Origin: an uncultured Gemmataceae bacterium
Lineage (GTDB): Bacteria; Planctomycetota; Planctomycetia; Gemmatales; Gemmataceae
DNA length: 64,000 nucleotides
Assembly (NCBI GenBank): GCA_963750165.1
Contig: CAVVPN010000003.1
Location: 1,984,001 to 2,048,000, forward strand
Direction of reading: 5' to 3'
Both the position numbers and the translations under genes were made by a program. This document shows, piece after piece, positions 20,422-31,300 of the stretch (position 1 is the first letter of the stretch; every line of letters begins with the position of its first letter). The notes under the pieces were generated by a model, which had not been told where the DNA came from, ran no database searches, and saw only the letters and a list, made by a program, of their open reading frames with translations.

Positions 20422-20550
20422 TCAGGTGGATGTACTGTCCGGGAACGCAGTTTTCACGACGAGCACCGGACAGGTCGCCTTGCGCAACACCTGTTCGGCG
20501 ACGCTGCTCATCAGCAAGCGCGACAACCTGGTGCGGCCGTGAGGGCCCAT
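20422..20550 (-). pseudogene. Universal stress protein C-terminal fragment
   Basis: Manual translation MGPHGRTRLSRLLMSSVAEQVLRKATCPVLVVK. Confidence 0.75.
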
Positions 20551-20558
20551 TCCTCGGT

Positions 20559-21335
20559 TCACGAAGATGGCGGCAGCGATGTCTTCTCCGTCCCAGGAGC
20601 TTGCAGGCGATGAAGCGTCTCGACAATCAACTCGGCAACCTGGGTGACAGACAGACGCATGGCGTTAAGGACGAGATCGTAATGCGAGGGATCGAGCGTG
20701 TCCTTGAAAAAATGGTCCCAGACGAAGTCTTTGCGCTCGCGGTCGATGGTCCGCACCTGCTGGGCTGCTTCACGTTCGGTAATGCCGCGCTGGCGGGCCA
20801 GCGCCGCGATGCGTTCGCGCGCTGAACCCACGAGGCGAACGCGCAAGGTCGTTGCGGCGGGCAGGATGAAGGCGGCGGCGCGACCAACGATCACGCATTC
20901 ACCGTGGACGCCGAGAGCGTGTACGGTCTCGATCAGCTCGTGAACGTAGGCGGCTTCGCTCGCCCAGGGGGACACACCGCCCGTCACGAGAGAAGCCAGG
21001 GAAGCCTCGATGGATTCGCGCAGCCAGCTCTGCTGGCGCTTATCCACGCTCTCCAGCAAGGCCGTCCGCAGGCCCATCGCCTGGGCGATCTGCTCGAGAA
21101 GTTCGTGATCGTAAACGTGCCAGCCCAACAGTCTGCCCACCTCTTTGGCGACCAAAGTGCCCTGCGTCCCCGCTTCGCGCGACAGGGTAATGGTGAAGGC
21201 ATGAGACGTCCGCGGCTGGACGTTCTGCTGCGCAGTGGTAGCCTGGCGCCGCGCCTCCCAGTGCCGGTAAGCCTTTTCGACCGGTTGCGACGAAGTGCTG
21301 TCGTGTGACAGTGCGGACGATCGGTCGTGGTTCAT
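20559..21335 (-). CDS. Cytidylate kinase-like family protein, copy 1
   Basis: ITLSREAGTQG, CVIVGR, IDRER, YDLVLN. Confidence 0.85.
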   Translation of the reverse strand: MNHDRSSALSHDSTSSQPVEKAYRHWEARRQATTAQQNVQPRTSHAFTITLSREAGTQGTLVAKEVGRLLGWHVYDHELLEQIAQAMGLRTALLESVDKRQQSWLRESIEASLASLVTGGVSPWASEAAYVHELIETVHALGVHGECVIVGRAAAFILPAATTLRVRLVGSARERIAALARQRGITEREAAQQVRTIDRERKDFVWDHFFKDTLDPSHYDLVLNAMRLSVTQVAELIVETLHRLQAPGTEKTSLPPSS

Positions 21336-21365
21336 GTCAACCTCCTGAGTCTTGCCGTTTCGTCG

Positions 21366-21668
21366 TTACCACCCGAACGTCACGCTTTGCAGTCCCAGAT
21401 AGGCGATGACCAGGTCCAGAGCGAGGGCGGCGACAGATACGAGCATCGCGACGATGGAGAGCCGGTAGTCCAGGGACCGCCGGCGCGCCATCGTGCAATC
21501 AACGAAACCGAGCACCAGCCCGGTAAGACCCCAAACGATTCCCAGGGGAACCCACCAATAGAACACCCCTCCAAGGACCCCAAAAACGAGCGAAGCGACA
21601 CTCAGACCGCGGAGGTTCTGTGTGGTTTTTTCGGCGGTCACCTTGTCGTCTTTGATTTCCGTGTTCAC
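21366..21668 (-). CDS. Small membrane protein
   Basis: Three hydrophobic segments; overlaps the upstream stop codon. Confidence 0.65.
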   Translation of the reverse strand: MNTEIKDDKVTAEKTTQNLRGLSVASLVFGVLGGVFYWWVPLGIVWGLTGLVLGFVDCTMARRRSLDYRLSIVAMLVSVAALALDLVIAYLGLQSVTFGW

Positions 21669-22462
21669 GTTGTTCTCCTGGTTAGAGAAGCTTGCAGGCG
21701 ATGGAGCGCCTCGACAATTAGTTCGGCGCTTTCGGCGACGGACAGACGCGACGTATTGAGGACGAGATCGTAGTTCCGCGGATCGACCGGGGCCTTGCCA
21801 AAATGGTCCTGGACGAAGTCGGTCCGCTCTCGATCGATGTTCCGGACACGGCGTGCCGCGTCACGTTCGGTGATGCCGAGCTTCCGGCTCAGCGCCGCGA
21901 TACGCTCTCGCACCGGGCCCACAAGACGAACGCGTAGGGTCGTTGCGGGAGGTAGAATGAAGCCGGCGCCACGACCGACGATCACGCATTCGCCGTGGAT
22001 CCCAAGGGCAAGGACGGTTTCAACCAGTTGATGAAAGTAGGCACCCTCGCTTACCAGGGGACTCCATTCGCTCTTCAGAGGTGCCGACCTGAAGGCCTCG
22101 ACGGATTCCAGCAGCCGGCTCTGCGCTGGATCATCCACACTTTCCAGCAAGGCGGTTCGTAAACCCATTTCCTGGGCGATCCACTCCAGGAGTTCGTGAT
22201 CGTAGACGTGCCAGCCCAACAGGCTTCCCACCTCCCGTGCGACCGCAGTGCCTTGCGTCCCAAACTCGCGCGACAGCGCAACAGTGAAGGCGTGGCAAGC
22301 CGGGGATGAGAGGTCTCGTTGAACAGAGCCAGGCTGCCTCAGTGCCTCCCAGTGCCGGCGGGCGTTTTCTGCCATCTGCGACAAAGAGCTTTCGCGGGTG
22401 TGCGCTGCGGGACTTTCGTGATTCATGGCAACCTCTTGGCTCATACTGTCGATCACTGTCAA
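21665..22462 (-). CDS. Cytidylate kinase-like family protein, copy 2
   Basis: VALSREFGTQG, CVIVGRG, YDLVLNT; paralogue of 20559-21335. Confidence 0.85.
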   Translation of the reverse strand: MTVIDSMSQEVAMNHESPAAHTRESSLSQMAENARRHWEALRQPGSVQRDLSSPACHAFTVALSREFGTQGTAVAREVGSLLGWHVYDHELLEWIAQEMGLRTALLESVDDPAQSRLLESVEAFRSAPLKSEWSPLVSEGAYFHQLVETVLALGIHGECVIVGRGAGFILPPATTLRVRLVGPVRERIAALSRKLGITERDAARRVRNIDRERTDFVQDHFGKAPVDPRNYDLVLNTSRLSVAESAELIVEALHRLQASLTRRTT

Positions 22463-22662
22463 GATCGGCTAAGTTTGGCAATCACCTTTTCGATGATTGC
22501 CTCCTGGTGAAGGACATACTTCCTGTAGTCAGCGTGATCGGTGCGGTGCTCCTCGACGAGCGTGTTTCGACGCCTTTGCTGGAGCCAGTTCAGCAATTCC
22601 GCGCGTTCCCCCTCAGTCAGGGTCAGAGTAAACTCGGTGGACAGATCATTGAGTGTTGACAT
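22459..22662 (-). CDS. Small hypothetical protein
   Basis: MSTLNDLSTEFTLTLTEGERAELL...; GGAGG upstream. Confidence 0.6.
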   Translation of the reverse strand: MSTLNDLSTEFTLTLTEGERAELLNWLQQRRRNTLVEEHRTDHADYRKYVLHQEAIIEKVIAKLSRS

Positions 22663-22741
22663 CAGTAACCTCCGACAGATGGGTACCCTAAACTGATGTC
22701 CCTCACGCAGAGAGACCTCAAGCAACACGCATGCAGAGGCA

Positions 22742-23796
22742 TTACGGCCGATTGAGGTGGTGTTCCCGATACCATCGGGACGGGTCCGCCTTCAACGCCG
22801 CTACCATGTTCGGGAGCGTTTCACGCAGCGACCGCCTGGGCACCCACCCGAGCAGCTTTGCGCCCGGCTTATGTCGAGCGCGTAATGGTCCTCCGCCCGG
22901 TCAATCATCCAAGGGCGTAGAAACGGATCGTTATGTTTCAGAAGCATCGTCTCCGCCCACATCCCTGCCCTGGCAAGCACCTTGGGGACGCCATAAGTCG
23001 CCCATTCGTGTCCATGAATGAGGATTCCGAGATCGTGCTGGATTTCCCTGTAGCTGAGCGTCTCCGGCTCACCAATCAGCAGCGTCAACTCAGGCGGCAA
23101 TTCTGTCCGGCGCTCGATAAGCCGGCGGAACACATCGACAAGATCATCGAGGTGGATGAACGCCTGGCCGTGTGACGCGTGGCCCGGAAAGACATGACCG
23201 TGGAGCTGGTGCTCGTAGATGCGCTGGATCTGATGAGCAAGCGGAAGCGAATGGCAATAGTCGTCGTACACGCCGGCCACGCGCAACAGAACAACGGGGG
23301 TGTCTCCATGATGCTTCCGAATGGTGTTCTCCGTCTTCAAGCACGAGCGCGGATGCTCCCACTGGGGCTTCAGGGGTGAATCCTCGTTAATGCGTTCGCC
23401 AGGCTGGCACGGGGCGTAGACGAGCATGGTGCTGGAGTAAATGATCTGCTCAACCATCACGCGCCGCAATTCGGCCAGAAACCGAGCGGTCCCCTCGATG
23501 TTGATCTCTTCATAGCGAGGGCTTTCCTCCCCTGAAAAGTCATAATAAGCTGCCAGGTGAATCACCGACGCGATCGGCGCGTGGTGGCTCTCGCGGAGGT
23601 ATTTGACCGCAAGCTGGATATTCTCCTTGCAACCGAGATTCAGGTACACTTCTTCGGTTCCACCCGGGCGCTGGAGCAGAGGTTGATCGACGTCACAACC
23701 TACCACGTCAAAGCGCATGGAAAGTTGATTCGTGAGCGTGGAACCAATCAGCCCGTTGCTCCCTGTGACCAACACAACTTCTCGTATAGAACTCAT
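22742..23796 (-). pseudogene. NAD-dependent epimerase/dehydratase, frameshift near 22858
   Basis: VTGSNGLIG and HLAAYYDF; the C-terminus KLLGWVPRRSLRETLP continues in another frame (one A missing). Confidence 0.8.
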
Positions 23797-23862
23797 GAAA
23801 AGCCCTTTCATCCAGGGACTACTCCCTCCGGTCCCGCAGCCAGCTGGCTCTCATTTCTAGAC

Positions 23863-24381
23863 CTATGCAGGCATATTCGCCGTCCTGGCGTTGTCCATCG
23901 ACTCCTGGTGCTCGCGGTTGGGGAGTGCCTCACGCTTGCCAAGCACCTCGATGGCGAGGGGAATGGTGCTGAGCGCTCCCACCACGGCAAGAGCCCAGCC
24001 TGCGGCCCTCCGCTGACTGTCGGTCAGCCTGCCGGCCAGCAGGAGGCCGAGCCCCGCACCGAGCACCACGCGGGTGCCGGCCAGCAGGGCCAGTTCGGGC
24101 AGCGTCACTCTTCGCTCTTGCATGTTGAATCCCTCCGAATGAGATGGGAACAAGTCCTGCTCACGCTGTGATGAGTCTTCCACATGGGCTGGAGGTCCCA
24201 GCCCCTTGACAGACGACCAGGCCGGAGCATCGCTGGCCGGGAACGACTCCTCGGAAGCCTCCTGCACCGGGTCATGGACCGTCGGCGACCCGCTTCTCTC
24301 TGTTCCGCCCGGTGCTCCAACCGCCGACGCGTCCGAGAGACGGTCGGCCGTTGGAGTCAGATCCGATTCACGCGCGCCCAT
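23863..24381 (-). CDS. Hypothetical protein: acidic VQEASEESFPASDAPAW motif plus a two-TM domain (possibly two genes fused)
   Basis: Known small-protein motif; internal start MQERRVTLPEL at 24123. Confidence 0.55.
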   Translation of the reverse strand: MGARESDLTPTADRLSDASAVGAPGGTERSGSPTVHDPVQEASEESFPASDAPAWSSVKGLGPPAHVEDSSQREQDLFPSHSEGFNMQERRVTLPELALLAGTRVVLGAGLGLLLAGRLTDSQRRAAGWALAVVGALSTIPLAIEVLGKREALPNREHQESMDNARTANMPA

Positions 24382-25488
24382 TCTGCATCTCCGCAGCGAT
24401 CGGTTTTTTTCACCCGTCGGACGTTGTCACTGGTTACTGAAGTGCAACTCTCGTGCCGCCTCGTGCTCTGCTCACGTCGTCTCCATATCGTTCGTCCGGA
24501 TTGGCGCAGGGCCATTTTTCAGAAGCAGCCCTTCTCGATTTCCTCGGCGACGAGTTGCTTGATGCAAGCCACACCGGCACACTCCTTGCCCGAGTCAATA
24601 GTGGCAGGGGACCGAAGCAATGGCCGAGATCACCTCCTCGTCCGAGACATCGTCCGCTGTGCCCGTGAAGGACGTGTCCTTCCGATCCATGACGATGGCC
24701 TGCCCAGAGCAGGCATTCCCCCGCAATGCCTCGATCAGTTGCCCGCGCTCCGTCTCACTCAACGGTCTGTGGTCCATGATTCCTCTCCTTTGGAAGTTGT
24801 CCAGCCTGGGAGGGGGAAGCACGATTCGCACCGCGCGATCTACCACTCACCCTGCCATTGCTGGGAATCACTCATTTGCCTTCCAGCAGCTCCTTCTGCG
24901 CCTCCTGTTCACGTCACCTCGATAACAGGGCGTTCGCACAGGGCCAACCACCTTGCCGGGCCTCGAACCCGGACCATCGACCGATGGCATATCCCCAAAC
25001 GGACAAGGCAGAGAGTCGTTTTGCTTCAGGCACGACACAGCCTGTTTGACCTCGCGTTGACTTCAACCGCCAGCCCGCACTGTCGCTGCGGGTCTGGGAG
25101 ACGTGCAGACTATCTTCCCGTCTGCAAGGGGTCGGTAGACCTGTCTGTCTGCCCGGACATGCCCTTGCCCGGAACTGGCGGCAAACAGTACGTTCGCGTG
25201 TCACCCCCCGATCTACTTGGAGGAGCACCCATCCCCGAGAGGCAGCACGCTGCGTGCGTGCATTCCCCACATAGGGATTCCGGCGTCTCAGCCGGATGCT
25301 AGATTGTCGGCCATCAGCAGACGAGCATTCGCCGGCCCGCGTGCGTGTGTCAGTTTGTGTCGCGTTCTCCCTTCGAGTTTGCCGTGATCGGTGTCGAATT
25401 CGCGCCGTCACGCGAGCGCGAACGCGATGTCAGTCCGCACGCTGTTGACGCCCAGGCGTGCCAAGCGGAGTATCTCCGTGGCTTCCCG

Positions 25489-26067
25489 TTACACGCCAAC
25501 GGCGGCCGGTTCGGCATGGACCGTTGTCGTCTTCGCTCGACTCTGATGCAGGAGGCCTCTGGCCCTCTCCACCTCGTCGGCCGTTCCGTGGGCGATCAGG
25601 AGGAGCTTGCCGCTCTTCACCTCGGTCTCGTACTGCACGATGCTCTTCTTCGGAATTCCGATGCTGTACAATCCGGCGCCGAGGGCGCTGACCCCTCCCA
25701 CCAAGGCAGCCTCTTCGAGCGCGCCGACGATCCACATGACGAGCGGCCCCGCGACGAGCACCTGGCCAATGCCCGGCACCCAGAAGAACGCGGAGCCGAA
25801 CAGTAGCCCCCAGAAACCACCCCAAAAGGCTCCCAGCTTGCCCCAGTACAGCATGCGATCGCCGGTGGTGTAGTAGCCGACGACGTGCTCGTCCGTGTGG
25901 TAATCCTTGCCGACGATCGACAGCTTCTTCATGTCGAAGCCGTCCTTCTGAAGCTCGCGGATGGCGTCTTCAGCCCTGTCGTGCGATTCAAAGACGGCGA
26001 CGACGGAATTCGTGTTGGACATCATCTGGTTCCTTACCTTTCGTTGCAGAGTTACGTGGATCCTCAA
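25489..26067 (-). CDS. General stress protein (YflT/DUF1269-like), copy 2
   Basis: Near-identical to 12054-12632, including the flanks. Confidence 0.85.
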   Translation of the reverse strand: MRIHVTLQRKVRNQMMSNTNSVVAVFESHDRAEDAIRELQKDGFDMKKLSIVGKDYHTDEHVVGYYTTGDRMLYWGKLGAFWGGFWGLLFGSAFFWVPGIGQVLVAGPLVMWIVGALEEAALVGGVSALGAGLYSIGIPKKSIVQYETEVKSGKLLLIAHGTADEVERARGLLHQSRAKTTTVHAEPAAVGV

Positions 26068-26178
26068 ACAGAAGCACTGTGCTCCTGTTTCCCTTTCGGT
26101 TCATCCCTCGCAAGCGCGCCTCTCCCTCAGCTGACCGAGAATGCGGAGGCGAGTCGGCCGGCCTCAGTACGTCGCGAA

Positions 26179-26532
26179 CTAGAACGCGGCCATGTACTGC
26201 CCGCCGTAGCGGTGGAGGATGTCCATCGCCTCGGGGTAGCGGTCCCCCGCACGGACCATCACCAGCGTGCGGCCTTCCTGGAGGGCCTCCTCGTAGTAGC
26301 GGACCTCGTCATCGGGGATTTCCACTCCGATCAGCGAGCGAAACATCGCGCCAGCCCACAACGCGGTCGGCGCGGCCCCCGCCGTCCCCGCGACGGGGGC
26401 CACGGCGTCGGGAAGCACGATACCGACCTGGTCCGACCCGAACGCCGCCCCTAGCAGGCCGCTGACCGCCTGCTCGGCCTCGGCCCGTGACGGGAACGCC
26501 CCGATCGTCGTTGACCGTATGGCAATGACCAT
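26179..26532 (-). CDS. General stress protein, short paralogue of 10214-10780
   Basis: IGAFPSRAEAEQAV, GVEIPDDEVRYYEEAL, VRAGDRYPEAMDIL. Confidence 0.75.
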   Translation of the reverse strand: MVIAIRSTTIGAFPSRAEAEQAVSGLLGAAFGSDQVGIVLPDAVAPVAGTAGAAPTALWAGAMFRSLIGVEIPDDEVRYYEEALQEGRTLVMVRAGDRYPEAMDILHRYGGQYMAAF

Positions 26533-26599
26533 GATTCTCCTCCAATCTGCACTCCTCGTTGTCCTCGCCATTCTCCGTCCGAGAAACGGGAAGGATCTT

Positions 26600-27048
26600 T
26601 CAGCTTCGCTCAGCCAAGGCACCTTCGGCTTGCCCTTTGGGGTCCTTCCTGTGCCCGATGAACAGCCAGATAGCCCAGGCGATCCCACCTACCAATCCAC
26701 CGGCGAATTGGCCGCCGATTTGACCGACATCTCCCCAGGGGAGCTGTCCGGCAACACCACCGGCGGAGGCGCCGGCGAACATCGCCATCAGAAGCACCAA
26801 GAAGCGCGGGTTCTTTATCAAGCCCAGGAGCGCCCCGCCAGTACTCCCACCGCGCCTCCGACCGGTAACGCAATAGTAAACTCCCCTACCGCGACGCCTC
26901 GGACGCGCCAAATGCTCTCCATGATCTTGATCCCGGCGGCTCCACCGAGGAGCATCCAGAAAACCATCATGAGTACGGGCGCCAAGACCGGAGGAATGGG
27001 CGCGGTTGACGTCGCGGCATCCGTAACCGCTTGCTGCGTGTCTTGCAT
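26600..27048 (-). pseudogene. Glycine-zipper membrane protein, frameshift near 26835
   Basis: ORF 26818..27132 (VFWMLLGGAAG) continues in ORF 26600..27175 (GALLGLIKNP); one G missing in a G-run. Confidence 0.6.
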
Positions 27049-27198
27049 GAAGGAAATCCCTCCACGAGCCTTGGGGCAAGGCGACTCCCAACTCGCCCGG
27101 TCCGACGCCGGAGCCTCTGCCCGGCGTCTCATTGTTTTTCCCCTTCGCCGACGGGCGGGGGGAGTGTTCCTTCACCCCCCACTCTCATTGCCTGACGA

Positions 27199-27780
27199 CT
27201 ACTTGCGGACCGGCTTCTTTGCGGAAGCCGACTCGTCTTTCTTCTTTATCTTGGTGATCTTGCCCTCGCGCTCGACGACCAGCACCAGGTCACCCGAAGT
27301 GAAGAGATCGACGGTCGCCACCCTGCCCGTGCTGTCCATGTACTCGATGTCCTCGGCGAGCTTGAAGGTCTTCTCGACCTCCTTGCCCTCGTACTGCATC
27401 TTGACGGTCACGGTGCCCGTCTTGGCATCCACCCTGATGATCTTGGCTTCGTTGGCTTCCTTCTTCATCTTGGTGATCTCGCCTGCGTGCTCGTTGATCA
27501 GCACCAGGTCACCCGCAGTGAAGATGCCGGCGGTCGCCACCTTGCCCGTGCTGTCCGAGTACTCGATGTCCGCGGCGAGCTTGAACGTCTTCTCGACCTC
27601 CTTGCCCTTGCTCTGCATCTTGACCGTCACGGTGCCCTTCTTGGCATCCATCTTGGTGATCTGGGCTTCCTTGGCATCCTTGCCGGTGTCGTCCTTGCTA
27701 ACGCTCTTCACCTTGTCAGCAACCACGAAGCACGCGCACGCGCCCAGAATCACCACGGAACACAGCATCGAACGGAACAT
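27199..27780 (-). CDS. Secreted protein with two tandem OB-fold-like repeats
   Basis: Signal peptide; DAKKGTVTVKM...GKEVEKTFKLA.DIEY.DSTG occurs twice. Confidence 0.75.
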   Translation of the reverse strand: MFRSMLCSVVILGACACFVVADKVKSVSKDDTGKDAKEAQITKMDAKKGTVTVKMQSKGKEVEKTFKLAADIEYSDSTGKVATAGIFTAGDLVLINEHAGEITKMKKEANEAKIIRVDAKTGTVTVKMQYEGKEVEKTFKLAEDIEYMDSTGRVATVDLFTSGDLVLVVEREGKITKIKKKDESASAKKPVRK

Positions 27781-28012
27781 GAAACATTCTCCTTTGCTGC
27801 TCCATGCAGCTATCAGATTCCGGCCAAGTAACGCACTCGGCCGCTGAATCTCACAACACATCAGACCAACTTGTCGCTCTCGCATTACGCGCCGGGCATG
27901 AGCATGCTACCGGCCGTTTCCTCCCACCGCCGCGGGTGTTGCTTCGATGCCGTTGGGCTTCTCTGATTGGGCCGGCTCCCTCACGCCCGGGGATGCCGGC
28001 TCGGGTCGCCCA

Positions 28013-28795
28013 TCAGCCTGGGCACCCGCGGTGCCGGCCGGGCTTGAGGAACGCCCCCAACAATTCGAGCGGCAACGGGAAGATGATGGTGGAATTCTGA
28101 TCCGAGGCCACGTCGGCGAGGGCCTGGAGATAGCGCATCTGCATCGCCATCGGATAGGGCGTCATGATCTCGGCGGCTTGCCGGAGCTTGTCCGCGGCCT
28201 GGAACTCCCCCTGCGCGTTGATCACCTTCGCGCGCCGCAATCGTTCAGCTTCCGCCTGAGCGGCCATGGACCGCTTCATCGGCTCGGGAAGGTCCACGTC
28301 CTTGACTTCCACGACGGAGACTTTCACACCCCACGGCTCGGTGTGCCCATCGATGATCTCTTGCAAGCGGCGGTTCACTTTATCCCGCTCCGTCAAGAGG
28401 TCATCGAGTTCCGCCTGACCCAGCGTGCTGCGCAAGGTCGTCAAGGCCACCTGCGCGGTGGCGTACAGGGAATTCTCCACCTCCAACACGGACCGCATCG
28501 GATCCACGATCCGGAAATAAAGCACGGCATTGACACGGACCGAGACGTTGTCCTTGGTGATGATGTCCTGGGGCTCGATGACCTTCGTCACCGTTCGTAA
28601 GCCAACGCGCATCATCGTGTCAACCGGCCAGAAGACCATGATCAGCCCCGGTCCCTTGGGTTTGGGCATGGCCCGGCCCAGGCGGAAGATAACACCCCGC
28701 TCGTATTCGTTCAGAACACGGATGCAGGTCAACAGGTAGAGGGCGAACAGTGCCAAGGCGATCCCCAGACCGATTGCCGTTTCGATCATCCACAT
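28013..28795 (-). CDS. SPFH/band-7 (stomatin-like) protein
   Basis: EYERGVIFRLGR, ITKDNVSV, QAEAERLRRAKVI, MQMRYLQ. Confidence 0.93.
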   Translation of the reverse strand: MWMIETAIGLGIALALFALYLLTCIRVLNEYERGVIFRLGRAMPKPKGPGLIMVFWPVDTMMRVGLRTVTKVIEPQDIITKDNVSVRVNAVLYFRIVDPMRSVLEVENSLYATAQVALTTLRSTLGQAELDDLLTERDKVNRRLQEIIDGHTEPWGVKVSVVEVKDVDLPEPMKRSMAAQAEAERLRRAKVINAQGEFQAADKLRQAAEIMTPYPMAMQMRYLQALADVASDQNSTIIFPLPLELLGAFLKPGRHRGCPG

Positions 28796-28858
28796 GACTG
28801 AACCTCCCAAGGTGGTTTTCCGGAAAGGTGGTTCGCCTCGCCGAATCTCAATCTCTCG

Positions 28859-29071
28859 TCACTTGTTGTTGTCGAGCATCTTCTGTGCCGCGACGCCGTA
28901 GGAAACACCGAACGGCACATGGAGCCTTCCGTGCTGGCAATAGCCCGCGGGCAACTCGTCGGTGCAGGAGCGCAGTTCCTTCAACTTGGCGACGGCCTCG
29001 TCGTCCATTTGCCCGTTGTCGCCGTCGAGCCACTCGAGAAACCATTGGCGAAGTTCGGAGCTGGCGTGCAT
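28859..29071 (-). CDS. Small hypothetical protein
   Basis: ORF in operon orientation with AAAGGGG upstream. Confidence 0.5.
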   Translation of the reverse strand: MHASSELRQWFLEWLDGDNGQMDDEAVAKLKELRSCTDELPAGYCQHGRLHVPFGVSYGVAAQKMLDNNK

Positions 29072-29148
29072 TGTGGTGCCCCTTTCTGCTGTGGTAAGAG
29101 AACCAGGTAACCTCAGGGATCCATCCGTATCGCCCCCCCGGCTCCGAT

Positions 29149-29979
29149 TCACGTCAAGTACGTTCCCGCGTGCTGTTGTTGACCACGGTAGCCGAAATTC
29201 TCCAACACCTCCGAATGTGCGGGTAAGCGCACGACGAACTCGCTGCCGCGGCCCAGTCCCGCGCTATACGCGCTCGCGCTGCCGCCGTGCATCTCCGCCA
29301 GCTTGCGAACCAGCGCCAGGCCGATGCCCAGTCCGCCCTGCGAATGATCGAACGTGCGCTCCACCTGCCAAAAGGGATCGAAAATATGCGGGAGCATCTC
29401 CGGATGGATACCGATCCCGCTATCCCGGACCCGCAACACAACATCGGCGCCCTGCACCTCCGCCGTCACCCAGATGCGGCCGCCTGTCGCCATGTACTTG
29501 GCTGCATTGTTCAAGAGGTTCGTGAGCACCTGCTCCAAGCGGACGGGATCCGCATCAAAGACCACGGACTCCGCCGGCAGGGTAACTTCAATCTTGTGGC
29601 CGCGCCCTTCGGCGGACGCGCGTATCGTCTCGACCGCTCGGGTCACGGTTTGGGCCAGATCCAGCGGCTGTCTGCGCAACTGGATCTTGCCGTGTTCGAT
29701 ACGGGAAACCTCCAGCATGTCTTCGACCAGGCGGCCGATGGATTGCGTTTGCCGTTCCATCAAGCTCCGGACCCATTCCCGCGTAGCCGTATCGTCCCCC
29801 TGCTGTTCGAGGATGCGCAGGGCGTTACGGATCGCGGTCAAAGGGCTGCTCAACTCGTGTCCCAGTAAGGCCAGGAACTCGTGCATGTGCCGGTTGGCTT
29901 CGCGGAGTTCTCCGTCGGACCGAGCATCCCCTTTCGCTTCTTGAGTTCGTTCACGTCTCCTCATAACTGGGCTCGCCAT
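29149..29979 (-). CDS. Sensor-less histidine kinase (HisKA + HATPase)
   Basis: EFLALLGHELSSPL, NLLNNAAKY, DSGIGI, GGLGIGL. Confidence 0.9.
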   Translation of the reverse strand: MASPVMRRRERTQEAKGDARSDGELREANRHMHEFLALLGHELSSPLTAIRNALRILEQQGDDTATREWVRSLMERQTQSIGRLVEDMLEVSRIEHGKIQLRRQPLDLAQTVTRAVETIRASAEGRGHKIEVTLPAESVVFDADPVRLEQVLTNLLNNAAKYMATGGRIWVTAEVQGADVVLRVRDSGIGIHPEMLPHIFDPFWQVERTFDHSQGGLGIGLALVRKLAEMHGGSASAYSAGLGRGSEFVVRLPAHSEVLENFGYRGQQQHAGTYLT

Positions 29980-30168
29980 TGAAGACTCCTTTCCAAAGAG
30001 ATGCCCCTTCTCGTTCCAGCCCCGATTCGTCTCGTCTCTTTTTTCGCGTCCCGTTTCCGGATCCTTTTACGCCCGCCGTTGTCCGTCTCGATGGCCGCCG
30101 GCCAAGCCGCCGTTGTGCCTCTCCGCGTCGGCACGTCCTGGTTCTCGCACTTGCCCCGCGAGTGGGCT

Positions 30169-30420
30169 TCAGTCCAATCTCGCGAGATAGATCGAGATCA
30201 AGCGACGAAGCAATTCTCCCGTTGTCAGACCCACATGCGAAGCCGCCATTTCCAGTTCCATCAGCTGCCAGCTGGGCAAGAGCAAATCTAACTCCTTGAA
30301 AGATTCTTCTTCTTGCCCGTACGAGGTTCCGTTGGTAAGCCCGCGGCCCGTGCGCCGCAGTTCAAAAGCACGCACCGATTGGGCGTTCCGGTGGACCATG
30401 GCAGCATCCGATTCATCCAT
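30169..30420 (-). CDS. Small ribbon-helix-helix-like protein; first gene after leader copy 2
   Basis: ELDLLLPSWQLMELEMAASHVGLTTGELLRRLI; start uncertain. Confidence 0.5.
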   Translation of the reverse strand: MDESDAAMVHRNAQSVRAFELRRTGRGLTNGTSYGQEEESFKELDLLLPSWQLMELEMAASHVGLTTGELLRRLISIYLARLD

Positions 30421-30466
30421 GGGATTCGTCCAAGTGCTTTGTGGCCTTGCCGCGCCATCGCGAGCG

Positions 30467-30636
30467 AAAAAAAAGCCGGCGTGGACGAAGACCCTGAGGT
30501 ATTCGTCCACGCCGGCTTACTCGTCTAACGGGCCCCCCCTGGCACGGCAGGGTTGCCCTCTAGTTAGTCTTCCGACGACTTCAAATGAAGTCTATAGCGG
30601 AGCCGGTTGAAAGTTCACCAAGGCTCCCAATTTTTC
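30467..30636 (-). ncRNA. Putative cis-regulatory leader RNA with intrinsic terminator, copy 2
   Basis: Stem 30473-30489/30502-30518 plus U8; highly similar to copy 1. Confidence 0.7.
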
Positions 30637-30664
30637 AGTGTACGCCTCTGACCAGGGAATGCAA
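30637..30664 (-). promoter_or_regulatory. sigma70-like promoter of leader copy 2
   Basis: TTGCAT-16 bp-TACACT. Confidence 0.6.
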
Positions 30665-30900
30665 GCGGAGTTTAGCCGGAATCGCTCCCAATCCGACGCG
30701 AACCACGACGCGGCAATCACTTGCGGCAATTCCAAGGTGCGAGGATTATCTCACTTCGCGTCGCTGAGGTGGATTGCCCACCCGCGCGCGCTATCATAAT
30801 CTCCTGATGGACCACGAACCCCCACGAACCCTGGCTCCTGCCGTGCCTAAATGGCACCGTGCGGGCACCGACCGGGTCTGGAAACACTTTCGAGGTCACC

Positions 30901-31277
30901 ATGAAAACACGAGGCGAAATCGAAGCCGCCATCTGCGAAGGGATGGCACGCCTTCAACAGGAGTACATGGGCCGGGGACCCAAGGACATTCACGCCCACC
31001 TGTTTGGTGACCTTTTCCTGGTTCGCTTGCAGGGTGTCCTGACCCAGGCCGAAAAGCAACTGGTAAAGTCGGAGTCTGCCGAAAAGGTCGGGATCTGCTC
31101 AAAGAAGTCCGGGCGCAGCTAATCGAGACGGCGCGGCCGGTCCTGGAAGCAATGATCCAGGAGGCCACAGGCGTCAAGGTGTTGAGCCTGCACCACGACA
31201 TAAGCACCGTTACCGGCGAAGAGGTCGTGCTCTTCACCTTGGTTGCAACCCCTCCCTTCCGCGATGCAAAGAAGTAA
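30901..31277 (+). pseudogene. DUF2294 (MpsC-like) protein, frameshift near 31087
   Basis: MKTRGEIEAAICEGMARLQQEYMGRGPKDI; LHHDISTVTGEEVVLF follows in another frame. Confidence 0.85.
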
Positions 31278-31300
31278 TAGGCCCTTCCGGGCGGCGTCGC

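Noticed and set aside
24595..25480. Short ORFs and small hairpins in a low-coding stretch
   Set aside because: No motif or repeat support.
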